A DNA stretch of 64,000 nucleotides. Source: Eledone cirrhosa (lineage: Eukaryota). The DNA is taken from positions 304,110,001-304,174,000 of the forward strand of contig OZ024740.1 in assembly GCA_964016885.1 (NCBI GenBank), read 5' to 3'. Position numbers and translations under genes: made by a program. Below, piece after piece: positions 1 through 11,183 of the stretch. How positions within the stretch are numbered: the stretch's first letter is position 1; the number at the start of each line of letters is the position of its first letter. The notes under the pieces are model-generated. The model saw nothing but the letters and a program-made list of their open reading frames with translations, ran no database searches and was not told the origin of the DNA.

Positions 1-42
1 TTGTATCCCAACAATTTAAATAGAACTTCTACACACACACAC

Positions 43-85
<43 letters not shown>

Positions 86-89
86 AAGA

Positions 90-500
90 AGTAATAGACA
101 CAGATATATACCTATTTTTTCTTCAAAGTCCCGACTGTACAGTTTCGCTGGTCAGTTTGCACAATTCCACATTATAGATGTGTAATATTGTTGTGAGGCA
201 TACCAGCTTTTCAAGGAACTCCTCAGGGAAAGAACACTTTCCAGACACGTTCGTAGCAAGTGAGAACATCTCAAAAGGCGGAGGGAGAAATTACCACGTG
301 ATACGCCGGTCAAGAAAGGGAACTGAATCCCTTTGTAGCAAGTGAGAAATATCTCAAAAGGGGGAGGGAGAAATTAATACATACAGAGGTTACAGGCGGG
401 TAGTAAGGTGGACTGAAAGCGATTACATTGTTTGCTTTAGAAGCAGTTACTATACTTTCGGGTTAACTCAACCATAAGGGAGTTTGAGACAATATCATAA
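90..500 (-). mobile_element. Penelope-like element 3' end / pLTR remnant
   Basis: Abuts (TA)n at 45-81; carries a hammerhead-like motif on - (127-220) and a 41-bp direct repeat (253/335). Family assignment is inferred from architecture. Confidence 0.45.
127..220 (-). ncRNA. Type-I hammerhead ribozyme motif, U3:A8 core variant
   Basis: Minus strand: AGUUCC-UUGAAAA-GCUGGU..(49 nt)..ACCAGC-GAAAC-UGUACA-GUC-GGGACU; 6-bp stem I, 6-bp stem II, palindromic stem III. Confidence 0.65.
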
Positions 501-675
501 TGAGAGACACACACACACATGTGTATACATACATACGTATGTATATATATTTTCACAAGCATGTGAGTGTATGTGGTGTCAACCTTAACCAGTTTTGCTC
601 TATGATTACGAGAGACAAAATAATCGAAATAATTAAATTGACTCGATATCAAAGCTATACAACAATATATATTTG

Positions 676-867
676 ATATAGAAATGGCTTCTACAGGACG
701 AGAACTGTTTCATTCGGGAGAAATCATCAAGGCTTCCTGATGATTTCTCTCGAATGAAACAGTTCTCGTTCTGTAGAAGCCATTTCTATATTAATATTTA
801 TACTCTGTTATCTATTGAGTACCTTACTTACTGTGGTTACCCCCGATTGAACCCGGGATAAACTTAT
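676..867 (+). mobile_element. Fold-back PLE-type fragment with degenerate hammerhead-like core
   Basis: ~55-bp inverted arms over 676-791; CTGATGA 737-743, GAAAC 756-760; a second family member lies at 48001-48194. Confidence 0.6.
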
Positions 868-1009
868 CTAAGAAAATATTTTTTATTATAATATGTATGC
901 ATACGCACCTATATATATATAACTGTTATATTTATATTATGCCTAGATGAAACACTGTGTAAGGAGTAAATTTTGTTTTTGAATGTATCGCTTTCTCCAT
1001 TTATTTTTG

Positions 1010-1011
<2 letters not shown>

Positions 1012-1090
<79 letters not shown>
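1012..1090. repeat. (TA)n microsatellite (representative; others at 1346, 12724, 31270-31430, 43610, 45590, 54843)
   Basis: Direct sequence. Confidence 0.98.
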
Positions 1091-1094
<4 letters not shown>

Positions 1095-1104
1095 GGAAGG
1101 TAAT

Positions 1105-1146
1105 ATGATGCTGACGATAGCTAATAAGCTTGAAACTAGTACATCG
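1105..1146 (+). ncRNA. Minimal type-I hammerhead ribozyme motif
   Basis: AUGAUG-CUGACGA-U-AGCU-AAUA-AGCU-U-GAAAC-UA-GUA-CAUCGU: all core nucleotides present, 6-bp stem I, palindromic ACUAGU stem III. Confidence 0.7.
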
Positions 1147-1342
1147 TTCCTGTGTCAGTGTTGAACAAAAAGGTGAGGTGGTTGCCTAAACACTGTACAG
1201 CGTAATTCGGGCTGTTTGTTTGTTTACAAACAAACCGAGCATTATAATAAATGTTCGGTAAACCGATATGTGTGCATGTATGTATATATATACATACTAC
1301 TGTACGTCTGTATACATATATGTATGTACGTATACATACATA

Positions 1343-1396
<54 letters not shown>

Positions 1397-1397
1397 C

Positions 1398-1531
1398 ATT
1401 CATTTATTATGGTTATTGGTGAGCTTTGTTACTCTAAAGTTTCACCTGCATACTCACAGAATCACCAATCTCGTCTGGTGAATACGCTGGTGAGACTCCA
1501 GAATAACAAGGCTTAGCCATAATAAATGAAT
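1398..1531. mobile_element. Fold-back PLE-type fragment (decayed copy of 12965-13110)
   Basis: Imperfect inverted repeat ATTCATTTATTATGG...CCATAATAAATGAAT directly after (TA)n. Confidence 0.6.
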
Positions 1532-2152
1532 ATTTAAACTTTACTTCGGTATTGAGTTTTCATTCTTACGTCCGTCAATAATTCACGTACTCTCAGGTTT
1601 TGAATAATCGCCCCCATCCTCCGCTTATTGATTTGTCAGATCCTCCCTCCCCCGGTTTTTATCCCACCCCGTTCCCCACACGCTTATCAAATTTTGCTAA
1701 TCTACCTCCTACAACCTCTGCCACGCTCGAATGAACAACAAACTCAAACCAATTCCTTCCATCGTTACATCCACTCCACATTCTATCGCTCGCTACACAA
1801 CTCACCATCAACTTCGCTACACTCAACTCACATGCCTATTCGCTACATATCTAACTATCATTTTAATCTGGATAAGGTCCTTCTGGAAATAGAATCTGAG
1901 TGGCCTCAGACGATTGAAGGTATATCTAAGGAGTACACTAAGTCAAACGCACCTAAACAGCGTGGCAATATTAATTTTTCTTATTACGGCAAAATATGTA
2001 TAATTTGATAATGGGAATTATCAAAACAAACTTTGTGCATTTGACTATAATTTCCTCGACCCTGATACATCAGGTGGTGCAGATGTGTACTATTAACTTG
2101 TTATGGTGTTGGTCTGGATTTCGTTAAGACAGGAATAAAATCTATATAAAGT

Positions 2153-2400
2153 TTGTCACGGAATATACATATCAATCATGTTTACTGGCAACTGCCGATG
2201 GTTACTGAAACTGTTTATAGGAACGATCACCATGGCGTACTACTAATCGTCAACAAAATCGCTGGTATCTTGGCAACCAATCCTGTTATATCATTGTCTA
2301 CAGAGAGCTCCTTCCATGGCCTCAGACTATTCAAGGTATATCTAAGGAGTACAATGAGTCAAACGCATCTAAACAGACTGACAATAATAAATGTTATTTT
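2153..2400 (+). mobile_element. hAT transposase C-terminal dimerization-domain remnant
   Basis: ORF text STESSFHGLRLFKVYLRSTMSQTHLNRLTIINV matches the hATC pattern (ERSFSxLxxxKTYLRSTMxQxRL); a partial duplicate lies at ~1902-1990. Confidence 0.75.
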
Positions 2401-3140
2401 ATTTTTTGATGGCAAAATAAATACAATTTTTATTATTCACAATTGTATAAATAACTGTTTCTACTTTAGGCACAAGGCCAGCAATTACCCACTGCATTAC
2501 TGGTACTTTATTTTATCGACCCCGTAAGGATGAAAGGCAAAGTTAACCTCGGCGGGATTTGAACATTGTATAAATAACGTTACAAATTGTTTATAAACAC
2601 ATAATAAATACAATTAATTATTGACCGGAACCTCACAAATATAATGACAAAAATATATGATCAAGGCGAGAGAAAAAGAAAAAGGAAAAATATATAGATT
2701 GAAAATAAATTTACATGTCAGTTGGCAAAAATCTTGATGAAATAATTGATATTTTTGCTGCTAAGAATAGCAAAAAATGTTTTAAAATGTTGTATGTTGT
2801 GTAATTTATGAAAAATTTGTATTTGCATTTTTATCTGTATAACATTTCTGGCAAGTCAACCTTTCCGCCCTCTTAATCCAAAAGGCCCCATACCCTAAAC
2901 GGCATGCAATGATGGGTTATCTAGTAACTAGATAATCCAGACTTAATCCGTCAACTAGATTCTAGTTGACGGATTAAGTCTGTCACCAATAAAAAAACTG
3001 AACAGTCCATCCAATAAATTTCCACATATTTTCTATCCGCCAAATCTATTATTCAAGGCACTCGCCGAAAATACCGTATAATGGGATTGAATTTTTTCAA
3101 CACAGCCATTCCTGCATTATTATCAGCGACATAGTGGATT

Positions 3141-3321
3141 TGCAGCATCGGTGGAGGGTGGGACGCCATGCTTTGCAGTACAGAGTTATGGCCCTTTACG
3201 TTCTGCGTTCAAATTCCGCCGAGGTTAACTTTGCCTTTCATCCTTAAGGGGTCGATAAAATAAAGTACCAGTAATGCACTGAGATAATTGCTGGCCTTGT
3301 GCCAAAAGTAGAAACAATTAT
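3141..3321 (+). mobile_element. tRNA-derived SINE with Meta-domain-like body (~20 copies in window)
   Basis: B box GTTCAAAT followed by GTTAACTTTGCCTTTCATCCTT..GGGGTCGATAAAATAAAGTACC. Other copies e.g. 2455-2564(-), 15545-15760(-), 17290-17455(-), 28710-28891(+), 35912-36160(-), 37415-37585(+), 40980-41175(-), 46907-47370(+), 51060-51262(-), 57288-57398(-), 60746-61138(+, tandem pair). Confidence 0.85.
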
Positions 3322-3350
3322 TATCAGCAACATAATCTAATTAATAATTA

Positions 3351-3650
3351 GCACTCCGTCGGTTACGACGACGAGTATTCCAGTTGAAACGATCAACGGA
3401 ACAGCCAGCTCGGGAAATTAACGTGCAAGTGACTGAGCATTCCACACACGCGGTCCTTTAATGTAGTTCTCAGGGAGATTCAGCGTGACACGGAATGTGA
3501 CAAGGCTGGTCCTTCAAATTACAGGTAAATAGACTGGAGCAACGTGAAATAAAGTGTCTTACTCAAGGACACAACGTACCGTAGGGAATCGAACTCAAGA
3601 CCTTACGATTGTGAACCGATTACCCTTAGCACAAAGCCACGCGCCTTCAC
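3351..3650 (-). mobile_element. tRNA-derived CORE-type SINE
   Basis: Minus strand has an A box, B box GAGTTCGATTCCC and GTGTCCTTGAGTAAGACACTT core. Other copies at 19552-19880(+), 22418-22722(-), 34235-34365(-), 46345-46620(+), 59010-59450(+). Confidence 0.8.
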
Positions 3651-3803
3651 GTATAATCTAATTAAACACTTCTTTATTACCACATACACACACATATCCA
3701 ACTTGTAGTATAGTGGCTTTCTAAAGCTTCGAAATGTTCACAATATACTATCTCCTTATAATATATAACCAGCAATTTCTCTGTCTGTCTGTCCGACAGT
3801 GGA

Positions 3804-4025
3804 AACACGTGTGCGCGTGCGAATGTTTTTTGCGCACGCGTAGAGAGAGAGCGTGAGAGTGAAAGAAAGAGACAGACTACGAGAGGGGGATAGCGGGAGG
3901 GAGAGAGAGGGAGAGAGTGAATAGACGCTAAAACACGTGCGCGCGTGCGAATGTTTTTTGCGCACGCGTAGAGAGAGAGTGAGAGTGAAAGAGACAGACT
4001 ACAAGAGGGGGATAGCGGGAGGGAG
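3804..4025. repeat. Two tandem ~127-bp CpG/GA-rich units
   Basis: AACACGTG(T/C)GCGCGTGCGAATGTTTTTTGCGCACGCGTAGAGAG at 3804 and 3931. Confidence 0.9.
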
Positions 4026-4052
4026 AAGGGGGGGGGGGGATTGAGGAGTGCT

Positions 4053-4209
4053 ACAGAAACATATATACATTTCTGTGTGTGTGTAATATATATATATATA
4101 CACACACAGAAATATATATATATACACACAGAAATATATATACATTTCTGTGTGTGTAATATATATATATATATACACACAGAAATATATATACATTTCT
4201 GTGTGTGTA

Positions 4210-4240
<31 letters not shown>

Positions 4241-4266
4241 GAAATATATATACATTTCTGTGTGTG

Positions 4267-4313
<47 letters not shown>

Positions 4314-4400
4314 GAAATATATATACATTTCTGTGTGTGTAATATATATATACACACAGAAATATATATACATTTCTGTGTGTTTAATATATATATATAT
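4053..4400. repeat. Array of palindromic units CACACAGAAATATATATACATTTCTGTGTG separated by variable (TA)n
   Basis: About six full units plus partial ones read directly. Confidence 0.9.
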
Positions 4401-4438
4401 ACTAGCAGAAAACCGCCCACCTGGTGGTTTTGTGGTAG

Positions 4439-5024
4439 TCTATATATATATAAAACTGAGGATGTTTATCTGTGTGTGTGTGAGTTTGAATCCCTAAAAC
4501 TAGAGAAGCACCCAACCGACTGTTTTCAAACTTTACACATGTAATACTTATGTTTCAGGGAGTGTTCTGAGCATAAAAATTTAAAATTTTCAATGCCCTA
4601 GGGACCGCATTAGGCGATTTAGCTATCTCTCTCTATAATTCTTAGTCTTTCCCTTTTTAGATAGATACATACATATAACGTCGCACCCTTATAATATGTG
4701 TCTGTATGTCTGGCTGTCTGTATTACGTCACTTCCTACAATTCGCTCTGCGTCCAAAACGCGCCCTTATAATATCTGTCTGTATGTCTGCTGCCCCCGGT
4801 TATTCAGCCACCCTTGCTCAAGACAAATCTCACACTCATTGCCCAAACAGTTGGTAAGTGCACACGACTTCTTCCTCACGTTTTAAGCCACAGAGTTGCT
4901 TAGTTACGTACCACCAGACCCTTACTTCTTTGCCAGCTGTGGTTGTGGCAATACTAAGCTTAGCTAAGGCGGTTATATATTTCACAATACCTTATCCCGT
5001 GCAACGCCGGGAACCACTGCTAGT
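4439..5024 (+). mobile_element. Non-autonomous Helitron-like element
   Basis: 5' TCTATATATATATAAAA then TG-rich tract; 3' hairpin CCCGTGCAACGCCGGG (4996-5011) followed by CTAG-T (5020-5024). Confidence 0.65.
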
Positions 5025-5273
5025 ATGTTAATAAATAAATCTATATTAAATTTTACGTGATGAAGATTTTAGTTAACATAAATAACAACAATTATTATGA
5101 TTATACTTATGAAAGGGCGGTGGGTTGGCAGTAATCGGTAGAGCGTAGGACAACATGCTTTGCAGCATAGAGCTATGATCTTTTACGTTCTGAGTTCAAA
5201 TCCCGCTGAGGATTTTTTTTTCACGTCAAAATATATATACATTTTATTATTCCTAGCAATAATTAATTGGGCA

Positions 5274-5741
5274 TACGTTAAGACGGGCGTTCCGGAAAGT
5301 GAAAGTAAAATTTTTGACAACTGTGAATTTTTTTTTTTTTATAGTGAAAGTTACGATACACACGCGATTATATGGATTTCTTAATATATATATATGTGTG
5401 GGTGTGTATATGTGTGTACACTGTGAATTTGTTTGTTTATTTACAACAGGTCTCTATAGTGATATGGTGTTAATTAGTATTGCGTGTGTGATTATTTTTT
5501 CTTTAGATAGACGTTAAACGATGATGATGACACAAACACATATATATATACAAACACACATATATATATACATACAGACACACATATATACACACATATA
5601 CACACCCACACGTATATATATATTAAGAAATCCATACAATTGCGTGTGTATCGTAACTTTCACTGTAAAAAAAAAAAAAAAAAAAAATTCATAGTTGTCA
5701 AAAAATTTACTTTCACTTTCCGGAACGCCCGTCTTAACGTG
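5274..5741. mobile_element. MITE with ~120-bp terminal inverted repeats
   Basis: ACGTTAAGACGGGCGTTCCGGAAAGTG... is mirrored at ~5612-5740; it interrupts a repeat that is contiguous at 18060-18140. Confidence 0.8.
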
Positions 5742-6291
5742 TTTACATTTTCATTTTGTAAGAATTATAAACAATTTGTAATGTTATTTATACAACTGTG
5801 AATAATTAAAATTATACATATTTTGCATGTCATCCTTACGAGGTCGATAAAATAAAGCACTAGTAATGCACTGGGTCCGATTTAATCGACTTTCCTCTCC
5901 CCAAAATTGTTGGCCTTGAGTCTAAATCAGAAATCATTGTGATAATATTTATGACAACAGTGATAACAATATTAACAAACATAAAACTGATAATGATGAG
6001 GACAATCTTATTCCTATGTTGATATCGAAGATGAATAAGTCTCTAACGTTTAAGAGCAAACGGCATTTCTTAAAGAGCACCAAAAGTAGAGGACGTAGTC
6101 AGCCAGGTAACTGTTACAGTATCGCGATGAAAGGTCCATCGGCATTGCCTGTTTGTGTTCCATGAAATTCTTTTCCTCACTATAATTCAAATCCTCAATA
6201 GACTTGGATTATAGTGAGAGTGGGCTGTGCAAGACAACCAAATCGACTTTTTGGATAAGTGGCAAGGCGTGTCGGAATGACTGGATGTATT

Positions 6292-6633
6292 TTTAGGCGG
6301 GGTGGTCAGACATCCCGTCTAATTGGATATGGTATACTGGCACATAGTCAAACAAGGAAGAAGGAACATACCTCAATTTTATGTTATAGAAACTTTTTTT
6401 TAATAGGAGCAATTACAGAATATATTCAAATACATTAGTGCTCCTAGGTTGGGATATATTTTAGTCGTCATATAAAACCGCATGGTGTGATATCGTCTTT
6501 TGGATCATTGCGTGAGAAAACACGTCTATCGCTTCCGAGTTATCATCGTCCAAGAGCTATTGTCTCAGCTACTGACGTCAGAACTAAGGGCAGTTAATCG
6601 ACTGCCTTCACATAGATGGCGTGATCTTCTACA
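6292..6633 (-). repeat. 3' LTR
   Basis: Direct repeat of 10827-11183; starts TGTAG on -. Confidence 0.95.
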
Positions 6634-6699
6634 TGGCCTCCCACCAGATTTTTAGAAAATTAAATAAAAATCGGTTCATCGAATCATGTATGTAGAAAA

Positions 6700-8014
6700 A
6701 CCGCTTAGCAACCAGCAAAAGAAGCAGGTGTGTGTGCGAAAGAAAAAGTCGGGGGCGTAGCTCAGGTGCGATAGCATCTGTATCCAAATGTGCTCGTTTG
6801 AGTCTATCAATCGAAACCGTCTCTCTGGAACCCTTAATGTCTACAGTGAAATGTTTCTCTGAACGAGCTAATACACGGTAGGGTCCAGAGTATGGTTGTG
6901 TGAGAGGTGGTTTCACAGCATCGTTTCTCACAAACACATAGGTCCACGAGGCAATATCCCTAGGGACTTCAAATTGTATAGTTTGCTTCCTCGTATCAAT
7001 CGGCGGCAGGTCCTGAAAATAAGAACGCAGACGGGATACGTAGGAAAGCGGATCTTGTTCAGCAAGCATTTGCCCGGGAGCAAGCATTTGCCCAGGTAAC
7101 GCTAGAGGAGCACCATATAACAATTCGGCCGGGGAGAACCCAAGGTCCTCCCTTATGGTTGACCGAATCCTCAACAACACAATAGGGAGGTACTCGCTCC
7201 AGCGCGTAGAGTCAGGAGAAGTCCGTAGAGCGGCTTTCAGTTGTCGGTGGAAGCGCTCCACCATTCCATTAGAGGCAGGATGATATGCAGTAGTTCGGAT
7301 GGGTTTAGCGCCGATGATCTTCGTAAATTCATGGAAGAGGTTCGATTCAAACTGCCTTCCACGGTCCGTGGTAATTGACGTTGGTACTCCATATCGAGCG
7401 ATCCATCCAGACACAAGGGCACGCGCTGTGGTCTCAGCAGTGATATCCCTCAAGGGGATGGCTTGGGGCCATCGCGAAAAACGATCGATTACCATCAATA
7501 AGTAATTGTAACCACCGCTGATGGGCCAAGGTCCCACGATGTCCACATGAATGTGGCGAAACCGGGCGTCCGGGTTACTAAAAGTACCAAGAGGAGTCTT
7601 AATATGTCTATTAACTTTCGATTTCGGGCAAGCAACACAGGAACGGCACCAGACAGTAATTTCACGTCTCATATTTGGCCAGAAGAATCTAGCCGTTATG
7701 AGTTTTATTGTGGCAGATCCAGGATGTGAAATGCCGTGCAAAACAAGAAACACAGTTCGACGATGGTTCAACGGAACAAAAGGGCGTGGCGTATCCAAAG
7801 AGACGTCGCAGAGGATCCGTTCGTCTGCGGTCGGTAAAGTTAGGTTTTTCATCCTGCAATTCACAAATTCAGGTGATGTAACATCCAACGATTCGAGGGT
7901 AGGCTGATCGGCTGCCAAGCGATTCAAATCTATGTCATCGGACGACGAGACTGAAGTAATCGGTAAACGAGACAGGGCGTTGAATATCATTTGTAAACTG
8001 AGAGATGAGGTCAA
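6700..8014 (-). pseudogene. Gypsy integrase
   Basis: HHCC ([12 protein letters not shown]), DDE ([23 protein letters not shown]) and GPY/F (PYSGPYRV) motifs; 18-bp in-frame duplication [12 protein letters not shown]. Confidence 0.92.
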
Positions 8015-9625
8015 TATGCCTAGTTTCGCTAGGCGAGTATTTGTCGGCCTTTGCTTGCAAGGCGAATGTCAACGGCTTGTGGTCCGTGAAGATGGTAAAC
8101 GTTCTTCCCTCAAGCATGTGCGAAAAATGTTTCACTGATAAATATATTGCTAGCAACTCCCGTCCAAAGGTGCTGTAGCGGGTTTCGGCAGGTTTCAGCT
8201 TCCTGGAGAAAAATTCCAACGGTTGATCGTTTCTACGTTGCTGCAAAACTGCTCCCACGGCAGTATCCGACGCATCAACACAAAGCGAAAGCTTAGTGTT
8301 GGACACTGGGTGAGCTAGCAAATATGCATTGGCTAGAGCAATTTTCGTACTCTCAAAATCCTGGAGCTGAGTTTCATTCAAAGAAATGTCTCTATTTTTC
8401 TTTCGGCAATTTTTCAAAATTTCCGTCAAAGAGAAGAGTAGCTTAGCACAATTAGGCACAAATTGCCTATAAAAATTAATCAGCCCCAAGAATTGGCGCA
8501 ACTGGCGGAGTGAGGTTGGTGGAGGCAAATCCTCTATAGCTTTAACTCTCTCAGGAATAGGTCGAATACCGTCAGCGTCAATGACGTGACCCAAACAATT
8601 CAAAGATTCGGAACCAAAAACACATTTTGATGGATTAATCCAAACATTGTAATTCTTCAAACGACAAAATAGAAGTTCCAGATGGCGCAAATGCTGTTCT
8701 GGAGAAGAGCTCGCAACAAGAAGGTCATCAATGTAGGTGTATACAAAGTCGAGGCCGCGAGTGACCTCATCCATAAAACGCTGGAAGGTGCTAGCAGCAT
8801 TCCTTAACCCGAAAGGCATGGTGAGAAATTCGAAAGAAACAAATGGCGTTTTCGGGATGTCGTCTCTATTGACAGGAATTTGGTTATAGGCTCGTATCAA
8901 AATCCTGCAAATGAGGGATAGGATACCGATCCGGTACGGTCATCGAGTTCAATCTTCTATAATCTCCAGTGGGTCTCCAATCGCCAGAAGATTTTGGCAC
9001 CATATGTAATGGAGATGCCCACGGGCTCGTGGAAGGACGAATAATTCCGAGCTGTAGCATATGATCGAACTCGGACCGTGCTGCTTTCAGTTTGTCCGCT
9101 GGCAATCGATGGGGACGCGAAAAAATCGGAGCGCCAGTTGTAGTAATAAAATGCTCCGTGGCGTGGCCTGGATCAGTGACTCTAAAATTTTCATGAGTCA
9201 GTTGCGGGAACGATTTCAACAGTCCATGATATGGGTTTCCAGAGTTAGCAATGAAGAAAGTCGGGCTAACTGTAGAAAATTCCGCCGTCCTGCCACAAAG
9301 AGAAAAACCAGTAATATCGTCGATTAGGCGTTGGTGACGAACGTCCACCGTCAAAGAAAAATGGTGCAGGAAGTCCGCGCCCAAAATCGGGTATGGCAGA
9401 TCAGCAACAGTGAAAACTCTTTTGAAATCCCGACGAAGATTTCGGAACTGAAGAGGAAGCGAGATCTGTCCAAAAGTTCTGATTGTTGACAGCTTGCAAT
9501 TCAATCGACGACTCAGGAGGAGTTACTGTCATAGTATTAACAAGCCAAATACTGCACGAAGCTCCTGTGTCCACTAGGAAGGCTCTTCCAGACAGGAGGT
9601 CCTCAATGAAAAAATGGCAGTTCCG
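7935..9625 (-). pseudogene. Gypsy protease-reverse transcriptase-RNase H, frameshifted
   Basis: FLVDTGAS (~9560-9583), [40 protein letters not shown] and FTDHKPL, split over several frames. Confidence 0.93.
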
Positions 9626-9729
9626 TTTTGTCTCGCAGAGTTCACTTGCCGCCTTTAGTGACTCTGATCCATATTTCCCGAGGCCGAATAATTACACGGA
9701 GGCCGGCAATACGCGAAGGTAGCATGGTA

Positions 9730-10405
9730 CCAGCACAATGATGGGTTGCTGGCGGGCGAAGTAGTACGCCGACGTGGAGTCGCGAAAGAACGCGAACGAC
9801 TCCTAGGCCGACGGGAATACGGCCTATTCTCCCTTCATAATCGAGCGACTTGCGTCAAAGCGTCAAAAGCCTTCAACATGGCATCCTAGCGTGTCGAGGC
9901 GGGCTGCAATATGCGAGTCCGAGGCGGTAGCCTTTTTAGAAAATTACACGATTCGATCCGCGGAGGCAGCAATTTGCTCCAAAGAGCTGGTGTCCACTAT
10001 ATTTGCCAAAATAATTTGGACGTTGTTTGGCAGGCGAGAGAAAAATAATTTTTTTATAAAGGAATTATCCTGTTCGGGCGATTCACTGAGGTCCCTAATG
10101 TGGCGCAAAAATTCGGACGGCGACCTATCGCCTAGATACTCATCCTTCAACAATCAACGAAATCTGCTTTCAGCAGAACGACTGTTCCTTCGAAGAATTT
10201 CTTCCCGCAACGAATCATAGGAAATACTGGCCGACGGGATCGTAATCAAATCTTTCACTGTTACAGCGAGTGAAGAAGGAATACCACTTACTAAAAAGTT
10301 GAGCTTTTGCTCGGTTTTCACTTCGTTGGCAGCGAAATAAGCGTCGAGCTGCGCAAACCAGAGCTTAGTATCACCTGAGAACGCAGGCAAACCAGGACCA
10401 CTCAT
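9730..10405 (-). pseudogene. Gypsy gag, interrupted
   Basis: LPAFSGDTKLWFAQLDAYF, LGDRSPSEFLRHIRDL and LFFSRLPNNVQIIL are typical of this gag type; stop at 10154-10156. Confidence 0.85.
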
Positions 10406-10807
10406 CGTAAATCTATTTCCACATGGACGAATAAAAATAAGTAATGATCAAAACGACGGGAAAACAGCACAGTTTTCCCTCAACATCCATAAAGTTGCCG
10501 CAAGCAAAAGAAATTCAGTCACAGTACAAGAAATAGTAGCGAAAGTCCGAAGAGTGGTATCTGTGGATCAAGATAGCCATTATGAAACAAGATGGCGTCG
10601 CCTTTCTTTTCCAAAACAAGAATATGGTCGCGTGACGAGGCTAAGTCAATCAGATGGCTGCATTTGAAGAAGAAAGACAATGTGCGGGAATGTTAGCTGG
10701 CCAGTCAGCCATTTTGAAAAAAACAATTTTTTTTTTTTTTTGTATAAGACGAACAATCTTCAATTTAAAACGAATGGCGAAATTAAGTAGGATTCGTTTT
10801 CATACTT

Positions 10808-10825
10808 AATCGTCGAGAGTCACCA
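10808..10825 (-). other. Primer-binding site, probably tRNA-Trp
   Basis: TGGTGACTCTCGACG one nt after the 5' LTR; resembles the complement of the eukaryotic tRNA-Trp 3' end (TGGTGACCCCGACG). Confidence 0.7.
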
Positions 10826-10826
10826 C

Positions 10827-11183
10827 TTTAGGCGGGGTGGTCAGACATCCCGTCTTATTGGATATGGTATACTGGCACATAGTCAAACAAGGAAGAGGGA
10901 ACATACCTCAATTTTATGTTATAGAAACATTTTTTAATAGGATCAATTACAGAATATATTCAAATACATTAGTGCTCCTAGGTTGGGATATATTTTAGTC
11001 ATCATATAAAACCGCATGGTGTGATATCGTCTTTTGGATCACTGCGTGAGAAAACACGTCTATCGCCTCCGAGTTATCATCTCAGCTATTGTCTCAGCTA
11101 CTGACGTCAGAACGTGACGTCAGAACTAAGGGCAGTTAATCGACTGCCTTCACAATCGACGCTAGATGGCGTGATCTTCTACA
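10827..11183 (-). repeat. 5' LTR
   Basis: Direct repeat of 6292-6633 with ~7 substitutions and ~4 indels by eye. Confidence 0.95.

Larger units (their letters stand above)
6292..11183 (-). mobile_element. Full-length Ty3/Gypsy LTR retrotransposon, decayed
   Basis: Paired LTRs 10827-11183 and 6292-6633; PBS; purine-rich PPT (6634-6645); gag-PR-RT-RH-IN order; 4-bp flanks TATT/TATG as imperfect TSD. Confidence 0.97.

Noticed and set aside
973-1516. YI/CV-repeat ORFs here and at 3677-4544, 12535-12917, 31096-31452 and 54660-55010
   Set aside because: These are translations of microsatellites, not proteins.
4053-4400. Palindromic repeats with spacers resembling CRISPR
   Set aside because: The spacers are only (TA)n of variable length.
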